From assembly GCA_007132635.1 (NCBI GenBank), contig SLOG01000019.1, positions 1 through 34,919 of the forward strand: a stretch of DNA of 34,919 bases. Direction: 5' to 3'. The notes under the pieces are model-generated. The model made no database searches. It worked only from the letters and a program-made list of their open reading frames with translations, and was not told the origin of the DNA. Each line of letters opens with the position of its first letter. Position 1 is the stretch's first letter. Shown piece after piece: positions 14,929-24,147 of this stretch. Origin of the DNA: Limnochordia bacterium (GTDB taxonomy: Bacteria > Bacillota > Limnochordia > Darwinibacteriales > SLO01). The position numbers and the translations under genes were made by a program.

Positions 14929-17900
14929 TCAGGTTGACTGCATTGCCTTCAGTACGTCAAACAAGAGCTCCAGAGCTTTTCCATTGTCCAAATCCCGCAC
15001 TTTAATGCGTAGACTCGGAATTCTGCCGGGCTGGTAACCCACACGTCCGCGGAACTTCTGTACAATAGCAGCGTACACATCGCGCTCAATAGCAATGCCG
15101 GCCAACAGCTTAATGGAAAAAAGACCTTTTTCGCTGGAAATAGAGGCTATACCTAGGTGCTTGGCCAGCACCTTGATCCTCGCTATCTGTAAGAGATGCT
15201 GTACTGGAGCAGGCGGGTCTCCAAAACGATCGAGTACCTCGGTTTCCAATTCGTCAGCCGCATCCAACGTGTGTACAGCCATGATCTTCTTGTACAATTC
15301 CACTTTTTGTGCCCCGTCAGTCACATACTCATCACTGATGTAAGCATCCGTATTGAGATCGAGCATCGGATCAGGAGGCTGCTGAACCACCGTTCCTTTG
15401 AGTTCCCGAATCGACTCATCCAGCAGCCGGCAGTACAGCTCAAATCCCACGGACGTGATAAATCCGTGCTGCTCCGGGCCGAGAATGTTGCCTGCACCAC
15501 GGATTTCCAGATCGCGCATAGCAATTTTTATGCCCGACCCAAGATCCGTGAGCTCCTTGATGGCCTGGAGTCGTTTCTCGCCATCTTCCGATAGGGTCTT
15601 GTCTCGACGATACGTGAAGTAGGCATATGCCACTCGATTCGTACGACCAACGCGACCCCGCAGCTGATAGAGTTGAGCCAAGCCAAGATGGTCAGCATCA
15701 TAGATGATCAGCGTGTTGACATTGGAGATATCCATTCCAGTTTCAATGATAGTCGTGCAGAGCAGAATGTCGTATTCACCGTTATAGAAGTCCAGCATCA
15801 CCTGCTCTAAGTATGCCTCGTCCATCTGCCCATGCGCGATGGCAATGCGAGCCTCCGGGACGAGCTGCTGCAGCTGGCTGTACACTCGTTCGATACCCCG
15901 TATTCGATTGTACACGCAATAGACCTGCCCTTGACGCGATAGTTCGCGGGTTATTGCCTGACTAACGACTTGGTCATCATACTCCATAACATACGTGCGG
16001 ATAGGAAAACGGTCTTCCGGCGGCGTCTCAATGAGACTCATGTCTCGGACGCCGACCATAGCCATGTGCAGCGTTCTGGGAATGGGCGTCGCCGATAGAG
16101 TCAGAACGTCAACATTCTTGGCGATTTCTTTCAAGCGCTCTTTTTGTACAACACCAAAGCGCTGCTCCTCATCGACAACCACCAATCCGAGATCGTGAAA
16201 TTTGATGTCCTTGGACAACATTCGGTGAGTGCCAATCACCACATCAATGGTTCCTTGCCTCAGGCCTTCCAGTACTCGTTTCTGCTCTCTAGTGCTCTGA
16301 AAGCGGCTCATCACACCGATGCGGATAGGAAATTGCTCAAACCGGTCAACGAAGGTACGATGGTGCTGCTGCGCCAGAATTGTTGTCGGAACAAGAACAA
16401 CCGCTTGTTTGCCGTCATTCACCGCTTTAAATGCCGCTCGCACCGCCACCTCGGTCTTGCCGTATCCGACATCACCGCAGAGAAGCCGGTCCATTGGCCT
16501 GGGACGTTCCATATCACCTTTTACTTCATCGATGGCTCTCTGCTGATCGGGGGTCTCCTCATAGGGAAACGCCTCCTCAAATTCCTGCTGCCACGGCGTA
16601 TCCTCGGGAAAACCATAACCCTTCATGGCTTCTCGTTCTGCATACAGCTTGAGAAGCCCCTCCGCCAGCTCCTGTACGGACTCTTTCACCCGTTTTTTGA
16701 CGCGGCTCCATTCCCCGCCACCCAGCTTCGAAAGCCGGGGCGATCCGTCCTGAAGACCGATATAACGCTGAAGCAGATGAATCTGGTCTGTCGGTACATA
16801 CAGCTTATCTTGTCCTGCATATTGGACCACTAAGTAATCCTTGTGGATCCCCGCGACTTCAAGCGTCTCTACGCCCAAATACTGGCCGATTCCATGGTTG
16901 ACGTGCACCACATAATCGCGCTGTTTCAGCTCAGACTCAGCTACTCTAAGGTTTTCCTCAATTCGCACCCGGGACCTTGGCTTGCGCTTGCCATAGATTT
17001 CGAGCTCTGTACACACAGCCAGCTTAAACGCCGGGAACACAAAGCCCGTATCAATCCCGCCCGCGGTGACGACTATGTTACCGGCCTTAAGCTGGTCCGT
17101 AACATCCTCGACGAAATTCGCAGGGATATCGTTTTCGCGCAGATGATCGACTAGCGCTCTACCCCGCTCTCGAGTGGCCGTCACCAACAGTACTCGATAG
17201 TGATCCTTTCTCCACCCGATCAGACGTTTGCTTAAATCATTCAAGCTTCCATGAAAATGTTCGACAGCCTGCAGACCAACGGTTAACGACTGCAGCTGGT
17301 CCAAGCCAGTCACTCGCTTGTCAAGGGACGAAAGTGTCAGCAGCTGCTTTCCGCGAATGTGCTCCGTTAACTCGCTAAAGTCAAAAAAGACTTTCTGGAG
17401 ACTGCTGAGAACCTTGCCTCGCTCGAGAGAGGCCGCCGTTGTTTCGCTGATGTCCTGCAAGTTTGCCTTGGCGCTGTCCTTGGCTCGGGCTGGCTCATCG
17501 AAAACAACTAGAGTCGATTCAGGGAGCGACTGAAGCAGACTTCGCCGTCCTGTGAGATAAGGGTAGTACTGCTTCACACCCGGGAAGTACAGCCTTTCCT
17601 GCAGTAGCTCAAGATGCCGCGACACTCGCGCCAAAAGGGCGTCGGCCTCCTGGGCGCGGTCCATACCCTCTAACCGCTCCGCCTGCCGAACAGCATCGTT
17701 CCACAGCTTATCCGTTATGGCCTCGTAGCTCAAACCGTTAAGCAACAGCTCACGCGCCGGAAATATTGTTACCGAAGACAGATTTTCCGTAGATCGCTGA
17801 TCGTCGGGAGCAAATGTGCGAATGGAATCCACTTCATCGTCAAAAAGCTCGATCCTTATCGGATCGGAGTTAGTGAAGGGGAACACATCAATGATACCTC

Positions 17901-18429
17901 CGCGTACGCTGAACTCACCAAACCCCTCGACTTTCGGCGTCCGTTCGTAGCCGATAAAGGCAAGCTGCTCACTTAATCGCTGCACGTCCACGGTCGAGTT
18001 GTGATCAAGATGGATAGAACTGTCATACCAACCCTGCAAATCCGGTACAGCTTCCTGCAGCGCCTGTACGGACGTAAAAACAAAGCTGTCCTTCTCGCTC
18101 AGAGCCGAAAAGGCCTCCAAACGACTCTTCCGCAGATCCCAGCTCTCCTCTGCTTCTTCGTGAGGCAGCAGCTCATGGGGTGAAAACACGGCAGTCGACA
18201 GCTTGGGTAACAGCGTGTTGAAATCCAAAGCCAGCCGCTCAGCCTGCTGATGCGTGTGGGAAATCACCAACGTTACTCGGGCAGACTGGTTAAGGGACGC
18301 TAATATGAGACTTTTCTGGGTTCCGGTTAGACCAGTCAGCGCTAGGTTTGCTCCGGAACGCAGCCTTTCATCGACATTTTGTATCTCTCTTGACTGTTTT
18401 ACTAGCTCTACTAGTCCATGTAATGCCAA
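14929..18429 (-). CDS. mfd: Transcription-repair coupling factor Mfd
   Basis: 1166 aa. UvrB-homology N-terminus, CarD-like domain ('DYVVHVNHGIGQY'), SF2 helicase motifs ('GDVGYGKTEVA', 'DEEQRFG') and a TRG region. Confidence 0.95.
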   Translation of the reverse strand: MALHGLVELVKQSREIQNVDERLRSGANLALTGLTGTQKSLILASLNQSARVTLVISHTHQQAERLALDFNTLLPKLSTAVFSPHELLPHEEAEESWDLRKSRLEAFSALSEKDSFVFTSVQALQEAVPDLQGWYDSSIHLDHNSTVDVQRLSEQLAFIGYERTPKVEGFGEFSVRGGIIDVFPFTNSDPIRIELFDDEVDSIRTFAPDDQRSTENLSSVTIFPARELLLNGLSYEAITDKLWNDAVRQAERLEGMDRAQEADALLARVSRHLELLQERLYFPGVKQYYPYLTGRRSLLQSLPESTLVVFDEPARAKDSAKANLQDISETTAASLERGKVLSSLQKVFFDFSELTEHIRGKQLLTLSSLDKRVTGLDQLQSLTVGLQAVEHFHGSLNDLSKRLIGWRKDHYRVLLVTATRERGRALVDHLRENDIPANFVEDVTDQLKAGNIVVTAGGIDTGFVFPAFKLAVCTELEIYGKRKPRSRVRIEENLRVAESELKQRDYVVHVNHGIGQYLGVETLEVAGIHKDYLVVQYAGQDKLYVPTDQIHLLQRYIGLQDGSPRLSKLGGGEWSRVKKRVKESVQELAEGLLKLYAEREAMKGYGFPEDTPWQQEFEEAFPYEETPDQQRAIDEVKGDMERPRPMDRLLCGDVGYGKTEVAVRAAFKAVNDGKQAVVLVPTTILAQQHHRTFVDRFEQFPIRIGVMSRFQSTREQKRVLEGLRQGTIDVVIGTHRMLSKDIKFHDLGLVVVDEEQRFGVVQKERLKEIAKNVDVLTLSATPIPRTLHMAMVGVRDMSLIETPPEDRFPIRTYVMEYDDQVVSQAITRELSRQGQVYCVYNRIRGIERVYSQLQQLVPEARIAIAHGQMDEAYLEQVMLDFYNGEYDILLCTTIIETGMDISNVNTLIIYDADHLGLAQLYQLRGRVGRTNRVAYAYFTYRRDKTLSEDGEKRLQAIKELTDLGSGIKIAMRDLEIRGAGNILGPEQHGFITSVGFELYCRLLDESIRELKGTVVQQPPDPMLDLNTDAYISDEYVTDGAQKVELYKKIMAVHTLDAADELETEVLDRFGDPPAPVQHLLQIARIKVLAKHLGIASISSEKGLFSIKLLAGIAIERDVYAAIVQKFRGRVGYQPGRIPSLRIKVRDLDNGKALELLFDVLKAMQST

Positions 18430-18471
18430 CGCGGCTTCCCCTCCCAGCCCGCGCCGAAAAGGGCCTGTCCA

Positions 18472-19059
18472 TCAAGCCCCCGACGAGGGTTGTTCATTTA
18501 CGCGGTTAAATTCGCTCATAGTCGCTGCCAATCCTGTTGCTAACCAAGATTCTACAGCCTCCGCACTTACAGAAACTGCCTGGCACAGTGACACCCGCGA
18601 CTCGGCATCCAAAGCTGCCAAGACAAAATCGGCCGCCGGTACGTGCGGCGGACTTGAACCAATTCCGATGCGAAGCCGAGGAAACGCAGAACTGCCAACA
18701 CAGCGGATAATGTCCGCTAAGCCATTATGTCCACCAGAGCTGCCTCGCCCGCGCAGCCGTATTCTCCCCGGCTCAAGAGCCAGATCATCAACCACAACGA
18801 GAAAGTCATCCAGTTCAACCTTATAGTAACCCAACACAGCCCTAACCGCTTCCCCACTACGATTCATGAACGTCTGCGGTTTGACTAACACGGCCTTGGT
18901 ACCGCGGATCAAGCCGACACCCAACTTTGCTCGGTGTCGGCACTGCGTGGTCGGGATAGACCACCTTCGGCTCAGCGCGTCAATCACCCAGAATCCCGCG
19001 TTATGCCGGGTGTTCTGGTACTGAACGCCGGGATTTCCCAGCCCAACAACTACTTTCAC
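18472..19059 (-). CDS. pth: Peptidyl-tRNA hydrolase
   Basis: 'VVGLGNPGVQYQNTRHNAGF' and 'GGHNGLADI' are canonical Pth motifs. Confidence 0.95.
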   Translation of the reverse strand: MKVVVGLGNPGVQYQNTRHNAGFWVIDALSRRWSIPTTQCRHRAKLGVGLIRGTKAVLVKPQTFMNRSGEAVRAVLGYYKVELDDFLVVVDDLALEPGRIRLRGRGSSGGHNGLADIIRCVGSSAFPRLRIGIGSSPPHVPAADFVLAALDAESRVSLCQAVSVSAEAVESWLATGLAATMSEFNRVNEQPSSGA

Positions 19060-19139
19060 TCGATAAACTCCTTAATGAAGCAACAACAAGAACGCACAGC
19101 AGCACTGTGCATTCTTGTCAGCACTCCTATGCGGCCTCA

Positions 19140-19790
19140 CTACTCTTCGTCATCATCGGAAGCTTCTTCGTCATCGGCGCCTTCTGCATCCATATCTTCT
19201 TCGCCTTCCAGAAGCTCGTCTTCCTCTTCCTCGGGCTCTTCTTCGATCGTTGGCAGCGTAATGGATACAATCAGTTCATCCGGATCCTCGATGATTCGCA
19301 CACCCTCCAGAGCCGGGAGCTGTTCAACATAGATACTGTCACCGATACCCAATTCGGAGATATCAACTTCATAGACCTCCGGAATGGCCATAGGAAGACA
19401 AGCTACGGTGAGCTCACGCATGACTTGGTTGATGACCCCTTCATCATCAGCACGCTCATCCTCACCCACAAGGGTGATGCTTACCGTAGTCTCAATCTCG
19501 CGATCCATGGAGACCTCATAGAAGTCTACATGAAGCACATTCTGCTTCACTGGATGCCGTTGGACTTCCTTCACCAGTACCGGCCGTTTCTGCCCCTCAA
19601 CCTCCAAGTCGATAAGGCTTGACGTAGACTGAATCGCCTTATCCAATGCCAAACTGTTGACCTGCAGAGTAACAGGTGGCCTCTCTGGACTGTAAATGAC
19701 CGCAGGAATGTGTCCTGCTCGCCGCAGTCGAGTGGCGGCCGAACTCCCGACCTCGCCCCGCAAATCGGCTGCTAGTTTATAGCTTGCCAT
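19140..19790 (-). CDS. ctc: 50S ribosomal protein L25 / general stress protein Ctc, with a long acidic C-terminal tail
   Basis: 'RLRRAGHIPAVIYS' near the N-terminus, with both the L25 N-terminal and Ctc C-terminal domains. AGGGAGGAG SD. The last ~40 residues are almost entirely E/D. Confidence 0.9.
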   Translation of the reverse strand: MASYKLAADLRGEVGSSAATRLRRAGHIPAVIYSPERPPVTLQVNSLALDKAIQSTSSLIDLEVEGQKRPVLVKEVQRHPVKQNVLHVDFYEVSMDREIETTVSITLVGEDERADDEGVINQVMRELTVACLPMAIPEVYEVDISELGIGDSIYVEQLPALEGVRIIEDPDELIVSITLPTIEEEPEEEEDELLEGEEDMDAEGADDEEASDDDEE

Positions 19791-19824
19791 ACATCATACT
19801 CCTCCCTTAGACGATCGCTGATAC

Positions 19825-19854
19825 ATTATACCACTGTTGGTAAATCAGAGTCAA
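19825..19854 (-). promoter_or_regulatory. Sigma-A-type promoter upstream of ctc (TTGACT-18-TATAAT, with TG at the extended -10 position)
   Basis: The minus strand reads TTGACTctgatttaccaacagtggTATAAT, about 30 nt upstream of the ctc ATG. Confidence 0.55.
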
Positions 19855-19871
19855 ACCGCTTCTTAGTGGGA

Positions 19872-21185
19872 TCACTTACCGTGTTTCTCTACCCATTGTT
19901 TCTTGTTCACTTGGCGTGCCCTGCCCAATGCTAAGGCTGCTGCCGGCACATCATCAGTCAGTGTCGATCCAGCTCCCACGTAAGCTCGCCGGCCCAAACG
20001 TATCGGGGCCACCAAACTCGTATTGCTTCCGACAAAGACATCGTCTTCGATTACTGTGCGGTGCTTTGTCTGCCCATCATAATTGCAGGTAATAGTCCCG
20101 CACCCGATATTAACGCCCGAACCGATATCCGCATCGCCGATATAACTGTGATGAGGGATCTTTGTGTTTACACCCACAACAGAATTCTTTAGTTCAACAA
20201 AGTCACCGATACGGCAGTCTGATCCCACACGCGTACCTGGGCGGAGATAGGCAAAGGGGCCGATGCTGCACCGGTTTCCAACACAGGCTCCCTCCAAAAC
20301 AGCATGCGGACCAATACTACAGTCCGTACCGATTTCCGTGCCTGCGTAAATGCAGGTCCCTGGCTGAATCACTGTATCCATGCCGATACGGCAGTCCGCC
20401 TCAATGTAAACGGACGACGGATCGACTATAGTGACACCCTCCCGCATCCAGTGTTCGGCAGTTCGGCGCTGCATAACCGCTTCTGCGTCCGCCAGCTGCA
20501 CGCGATCGTTGATTCCCGCCGCCTCCGACGCATCACTCAACAGAAATGGCAAAACGGGATAGCCATCAGCCACCATCAGCGGCAGCACATCAGGGAGGTA
20601 GTATTCGCCCTGGGCATTATCGGGTGTGACAGCGGTTAAGTAACGAAACAGCAGCTCGCTGTCAAAACAGTATGTGCCGGTGTTGATCTCGCGAATGGCG
20701 AGTTCGGCCTCGGACGCATCCTTGTGTTCGATAATTCGCTGGACCTTTGCTCCTTGGCGCATGATCCGCCCATAACCGGTTGGGTCCGTTACCTCGGCAG
20801 TGATAACGACAGCGACAGCCTGCTGGTCACGATGGAAATCCAGCACTTTCCGGAAAGTCTCGGGACGAAACAGAGGTGTGTCTCCGTACGTAACCAAAAC
20901 AGGACCGGAAAAACCCTCTAGGTGGGAACGGCATTGATCCACGGCATGACCAGTACCCAACTGCTGACTCTGCGTGACGCACTCGGAAGCGTTTACCACC
21001 TGGCGAACGCTTTCCCCTTGGTGGCCGACAACTACGTAGACACGACCAAGACCCGCTCCGCGCACACTGTTTACTACGTGTGCAACCATGGGCTGGCCGG
21101 CGATAGGATGCAGCACCTTCGCTGTCTTTGATTTCATTCGAGTCCCTTGACCTGCCGCCAATACGATGGCAGCCTCGTTCTCCAT
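19872..21185 (-). CDS. glmU: Bifunctional UDP-N-acetylglucosamine pyrophosphorylase / GlcN-1-P acetyltransferase GlmU
   Basis: 'AAIVLAAGQGTRMKS' is followed by C-terminal left-handed beta-helix hexapeptide repeats. Start trimmed to the ATG at 21185 (GGGGGA upstream). The ORF is open to 21203. Confidence 0.95.
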   Translation of the reverse strand: MENEAAIVLAAGQGTRMKSKTAKVLHPIAGQPMVAHVVNSVRGAGLGRVYVVVGHQGESVRQVVNASECVTQSQQLGTGHAVDQCRSHLEGFSGPVLVTYGDTPLFRPETFRKVLDFHRDQQAVAVVITAEVTDPTGYGRIMRQGAKVQRIIEHKDASEAELAIREINTGTYCFDSELLFRYLTAVTPDNAQGEYYLPDVLPLMVADGYPVLPFLLSDASEAAGINDRVQLADAEAVMQRRTAEHWMREGVTIVDPSSVYIEADCRIGMDTVIQPGTCIYAGTEIGTDCSIGPHAVLEGACVGNRCSIGPFAYLRPGTRVGSDCRIGDFVELKNSVVGVNTKIPHHSYIGDADIGSGVNIGCGTITCNYDGQTKHRTVIEDDVFVGSNTSLVAPIRLGRRAYVGAGSTLTDDVPAAALALGRARQVNKKQWVEKHGK

Positions 21186-21204
21186 TTGTGTCCCCCATTT
21201 CATC

Positions 21205-21756
21205 TCAGCGTCGACCTTTATCTGAAGGGAATTCTCTATTCAGCCACTGCTCGAAAAGCTCGTGCTCAGCATCCGCCTCTGATTGAGCTTCTTTGCGGTT
21301 CTTTTTCCGCTCTTGCTCCAGGCGCGCTTTTTCCTTCTCCGTCTCTTCGCGTTGCACAACTCTCTGGCGAATGCGCTGCATTTCATCCTCGTCGAGAGTC
21401 TGGGTCAGTGCCGTCGTCTGCACAGGTTGATTCAGCGTCTGCTCGCGTCTCCAAAGGGCCTGTACTTTCCGTCCGAAATCCCGCAGTATGCCGCGGTTTT
21501 TTACTTCGCTTCCAGTAATGCGCAGAACCGTGAAGCCTTGCGTTCGCAGATATGCATCTTTGCGTCGGTCTCGGGAAACACTGTCTCGCGTGAGATGCAC
21601 ATAGCCATCGACTTCGATGACAATGTGCCTTCCGACCAAAACATCAATTTCGTAGCGATCAATTCTGGCGCGGTGCCTGAAAGGAACTCCGCGGCGCTTG
21701 AGTTCTGCTATCACCTTTCTTTCGCTGCTCAGGCCGTTGTCGTGTTCTCGCTCCAT
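21205..21756 (-). CDS. DUF559 / Vsr-like (PD-(D/E)xK fold) endonuclease-domain protein with a charged coiled-coil tail
   Basis: 'RRGVPFRHRARIDRYEIDVLVGRHIVIEVDGYVHL...DRRKDAYLRTQGFTVLRI' has the DUF559 pattern. The C-terminal ~80 aa are E/K/R/Q-rich. Start at the ATG at 21756 (GAGGTG upstream). The ORF is open to 21792, which would overlap the upstream terminator's U-tract. Confidence 0.7.
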   Translation of the reverse strand: MEREHDNGLSSERKVIAELKRRGVPFRHRARIDRYEIDVLVGRHIVIEVDGYVHLTRDSVSRDRRKDAYLRTQGFTVLRITGSEVKNRGILRDFGRKVQALWRREQTLNQPVQTTALTQTLDEDEMQRIRQRVVQREETEKEKARLEQERKKNRKEAQSEADAEHELFEQWLNREFPSDKGRR

Positions 21757-21790
21757 GAGGCACCTCATTTGCGGCAGCGGCAGTTTCCAC

Positions 21791-21814
21791 AAAAAAACTC
21801 GTCACAGGGACGAG
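21791..21814 (-). terminator. Intrinsic terminator (CTCGTC-cctgt-GACGAG + T7) immediately upstream of the DUF559 gene
   Basis: The minus strand has a 6-bp stem followed by TTTTTTT. It lies about 90 nt after the stop of the NTP-transferase gene and about 35 nt before the DUF559 start. Confidence 0.5.
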
Positions 21815-21906
21815 AATTCATTCTAAGAAGATACAACTAGCAGTCACCAATCTATTAGAGGAGTCTATGCTAGCCTCAACAAGTATAGCAAATAAAACCC
21901 GCGAGA

Positions 21907-22683
21907 TCAACGTTTTAGAGCCGAGGTTACCAACTCCAGATCGCTCGGTTTGTCCACATCAATACCAATCTCTGGATACGGTGTTATGACAGCCACTCCT
22001 TTTATCGAAAATATATCGCGAACACGTTCCTCGATTTCGTGAATAGCGAGTCGACGCAGGAGGAACTTCAGGATGAAGGAAAAACCCAGCAAGCGACTCA
22101 GCTGCCATGGTTTCTTACGCATGGCAAACACTCGCTCAAGCATGGGCTGGCATTCCAGTACTACGCGCGGAAGAGCCAGAAAAAGATTCCCGCCTGTAAA
22201 CGTACCTTCCCGCAGGCGAAAGTATGTCCTAGCAGTACCCGGATAATTTACATCATTTACCTCTTTCGACACGATCGGGTAGAACAAGTCGCCCGGTAAC
22301 TCACTGCACCTGTTAATAAAGTCTTCCACGGCTTCCGATGTGACTAAGGGTATGTCACTCGTCACTAAGAGCGCCATCCGTTCTGAGTCAAGCTCTTCTA
22401 GTCCTCGCTTGACGTTATCCGTTATGGAATTGGTTGACGGCACCAGCACTGCGCCTGTACCCTGCAGCGCCGCCCGCAGTTCGTCAGGCCCGACAACTAC
22501 TATACGGCCGACCTTAGCTGCCCCATTAAGAGCCTCGACAACATATTGAACCATCGGACGACCATGGATAGGAATGAGTGCCTCATTCGTGCAGTCGCTG
22601 ATCCCGCGCAGTTTTCCCGTGTTTGCTGCTCCAGCCAATACGACAGCGTCTACTATCATACAAACCGCCAACTCCTCACTCAA
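21907..22683 (-). CDS. MobA-like NTP-transferase family protein (nucleotidyltransferase)
   Basis: N-terminal 'DAVVLAGAANTGKL...ALIPIHGRPMVQYVVEAL' is a nucleotide-binding G-loop pattern. The start overlaps the ispE stop by 8 nt. Confidence 0.7.
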   Translation of the reverse strand: MSEELAVCMIVDAVVLAGAANTGKLRGISDCTNEALIPIHGRPMVQYVVEALNGAAKVGRIVVVGPDELRAALQGTGAVLVPSTNSITDNVKRGLEELDSERMALLVTSDIPLVTSEAVEDFINRCSELPGDLFYPIVSKEVNDVNYPGTARTYFRLREGTFTGGNLFLALPRVVLECQPMLERVFAMRKKPWQLSRLLGFSFILKFLLRRLAIHEIEERVRDIFSIKGVAVITPYPEIGIDVDKPSDLELVTSALKR

Positions 22684-23539
22684 CCTCCGAAATGCCTCGT
22701 TCTGAAAACGCGGTCATGAAACAATCGACTTCCTGCGAATACTTGGACAGAAACGCCAACGCGTCTTTTTCAGCGCGGAAAAGCCCGAATACTGACGGGC
22801 CGCTGCCCGACATCTGGGCAATACACGCTCCTGTTTCTGCCAAACGCCGCTTCCACACATTGACACTGGGTATGACAGAAGCTGTATAGCTTTCCATTAT
22901 GTTTCCAAGACAGCACAGACTCCCCTTCTGCCTCGCGGCAGCTAGGAACCGCCCGGTATACCTATCGCCAAACCAAGCTCTATCAAGATTTTCGTACACT
23001 GTTTTTGTGGCCACAGATTCCGGTGGTTTGACGATTACCACCTTCCAATCCCCTTGATAAGGCAGCGGCGTGAGCTGCTCCCCAATTCCTTCAGCCAGGA
23101 TGGTTCCGCCCTGCATACAGAAAGGTACATCCGCCCCGACAGAGAGGGCCACAGCTCGCAGTTCGGCCTCGAGAAGCCGCCCCGGATAGAGCAACTGAAG
23201 AGCATAGAGTACAGCTGCCGCGTCGGCACTCCCACCCGCCAATCCCGCAGCAGCAGGAATCTGTTTCTCAACCACGATGTCGACCCCGACTGAGATACCC
23301 GCTGCAGCCCCGAAGGCTGCAGCCGCTTTCCAAGCAAGGTTTTCCTCCGGGGGGCCTAAGGAAGGAGTGCAGTGTACCCGCACACCCTCGATCGATCGTC
23401 GGCCGATGCACACCTGGTCTGCCAAACCAACAGACTGCATTATGCTGCGGATCGCATGGTATCCGTCAGGCCGTCGATAGAGTACATCGAGGGTTAGGTT
23501 GATCTTTCCATGCGCATGCAGTAGAATCTCACGCATCAT
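22676..23539 (-). CDS. ispE: 4-diphosphocytidyl-2-C-methyl-D-erythritol kinase
   Basis: 'HAHGKINLTLDVLYRRPDGYH' and GHMP motifs 'IPAAAGLAGGSADAAA' and 'MSGSGPSVFG'. Start trimmed to the ATG at 23539 (GAGGTGA upstream). Confidence 0.9.
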   Translation of the reverse strand: MMREILLHAHGKINLTLDVLYRRPDGYHAIRSIMQSVGLADQVCIGRRSIEGVRVHCTPSLGPPEENLAWKAAAAFGAAAGISVGVDIVVEKQIPAAAGLAGGSADAAAVLYALQLLYPGRLLEAELRAVALSVGADVPFCMQGGTILAEGIGEQLTPLPYQGDWKVVIVKPPESVATKTVYENLDRAWFGDRYTGRFLAAARQKGSLCCLGNIMESYTASVIPSVNVWKRRLAETGACIAQMSGSGPSVFGLFRAEKDALAFLSKYSQEVDCFMTAFSERGISEVE

Positions 23540-23653
23540 GCATGTCACCTCGCAGCAGTAAGCCCCTCTTTCCACTTAGATGTTCCGCATCCAACGGCAA
23601 ACTCCTTCTGCTCAAGCACTAGAAGGCCTCCGACAAAATTTCCTATACCACGA

Positions 23654-23680
23654 CGAAAAAGGTGCCGCCGAAGCGGCACC
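23654..23680 (-). terminator. Intrinsic terminator after veg
   Basis: The minus strand reads GGTGCCGC-TTCG-GCGGCACC followed by TTTTTCG, about 40 nt after the veg stop. Confidence 0.75.
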
Positions 23681-23717
23681 TCACTCTCAGTAGGAAAAGT
23701 ATGAAACCATTTGTCTC

Positions 23718-23984
23718 TCAAATGTTATCCAATCCAATCCGATTGTCGTCCACCGTCAGCTCCACAGTTTCCGTAAGAATATCCGAATAGGTGTAAGATA
23801 GGCGTCGAACTGAGTTTGACGCATCAAGTTTGATAACAAATACCTTCGGATACGTCTCCTCCAAAACACCTTCGGCCTCTACTATCTTTTTGCGACCGCG
23901 ATTAGCTCGGAGTTTTATGCGCTTACCGATGCAAGCATCCAGATCAGATTTGATCTGATCCAGCACATTTGCCTTAACCGCCAT
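23718..23984 (-). CDS. veg: Veg protein (biofilm-associated small DNA-binding protein)
   Basis: 'LRANRGRKKIVEAEGVLEETYPKVFVIKLD...LSYTYSDILTETVELT' closely resembles B. subtilis Veg as I remember it. Confidence 0.9.
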   Translation of the reverse strand: MAVKANVLDQIKSDLDACIGKRIKLRANRGRKKIVEAEGVLEETYPKVFVIKLDASNSVRRLSYTYSDILTETVELTVDDNRIGLDNI

Positions 23985-24018
23985 CGAGGTTCACCATCCT
24001 TATCCCCATGATAGCCCA

Positions 24019-24087
24019 AGTATACTACAGGGAAGGATTCTTGTCAAGCAAACATATATTTTAACAGCAACACCCGGTTCCTGTCAA
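24019..24087 (-). promoter_or_regulatory. Tandem sigma-A promoters upstream of veg
   Basis: The proximal promoter is TTGACA-17-TATACT (-35 at 24042-24047, -10 at 24019-24024). The distal promoter is TTGACA-18-TAAAAT (-35 at 24082-24087, -10 at 24058-24063). B. subtilis veg is known for a very strong promoter. Confidence 0.65.
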
Positions 24088-24147
24088 GGCACCTTTCGCA
24101 TTTTTTTTGCATAGGGAAAGAAAAATGTCCGCCTGATGGGCGCGACG

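Noticed and set aside
16144-16833. Long antisense ORFs inside large genes: 16144-16833 in mfd, 5229-5921 opposite NAT, 27681-28229 opposite the DnaD-like and ABC-F genes, 18254-18826 opposite pth, 13780-14235 opposite hup
   Set aside because: All are fully embedded antisense to genes with strong family signatures. Their translations are Arg/Ser/Pro-rich, as is typical of antisense frames in GC-leaning DNA, and they have no SDs.
19060-19139. Hairpin CAAGAATGCACAG-tgctg-CTGTGCGTTCTTG between ctc and pth as a terminator or attenuator
   Set aside because: The stem is real (13 bp with one G-U), but the downstream tract TTGTTGTTGCTT is only weakly U-rich. ctc-pth co-transcription is the norm. I kept it as a possible partial terminator only and did not list it as a feature.
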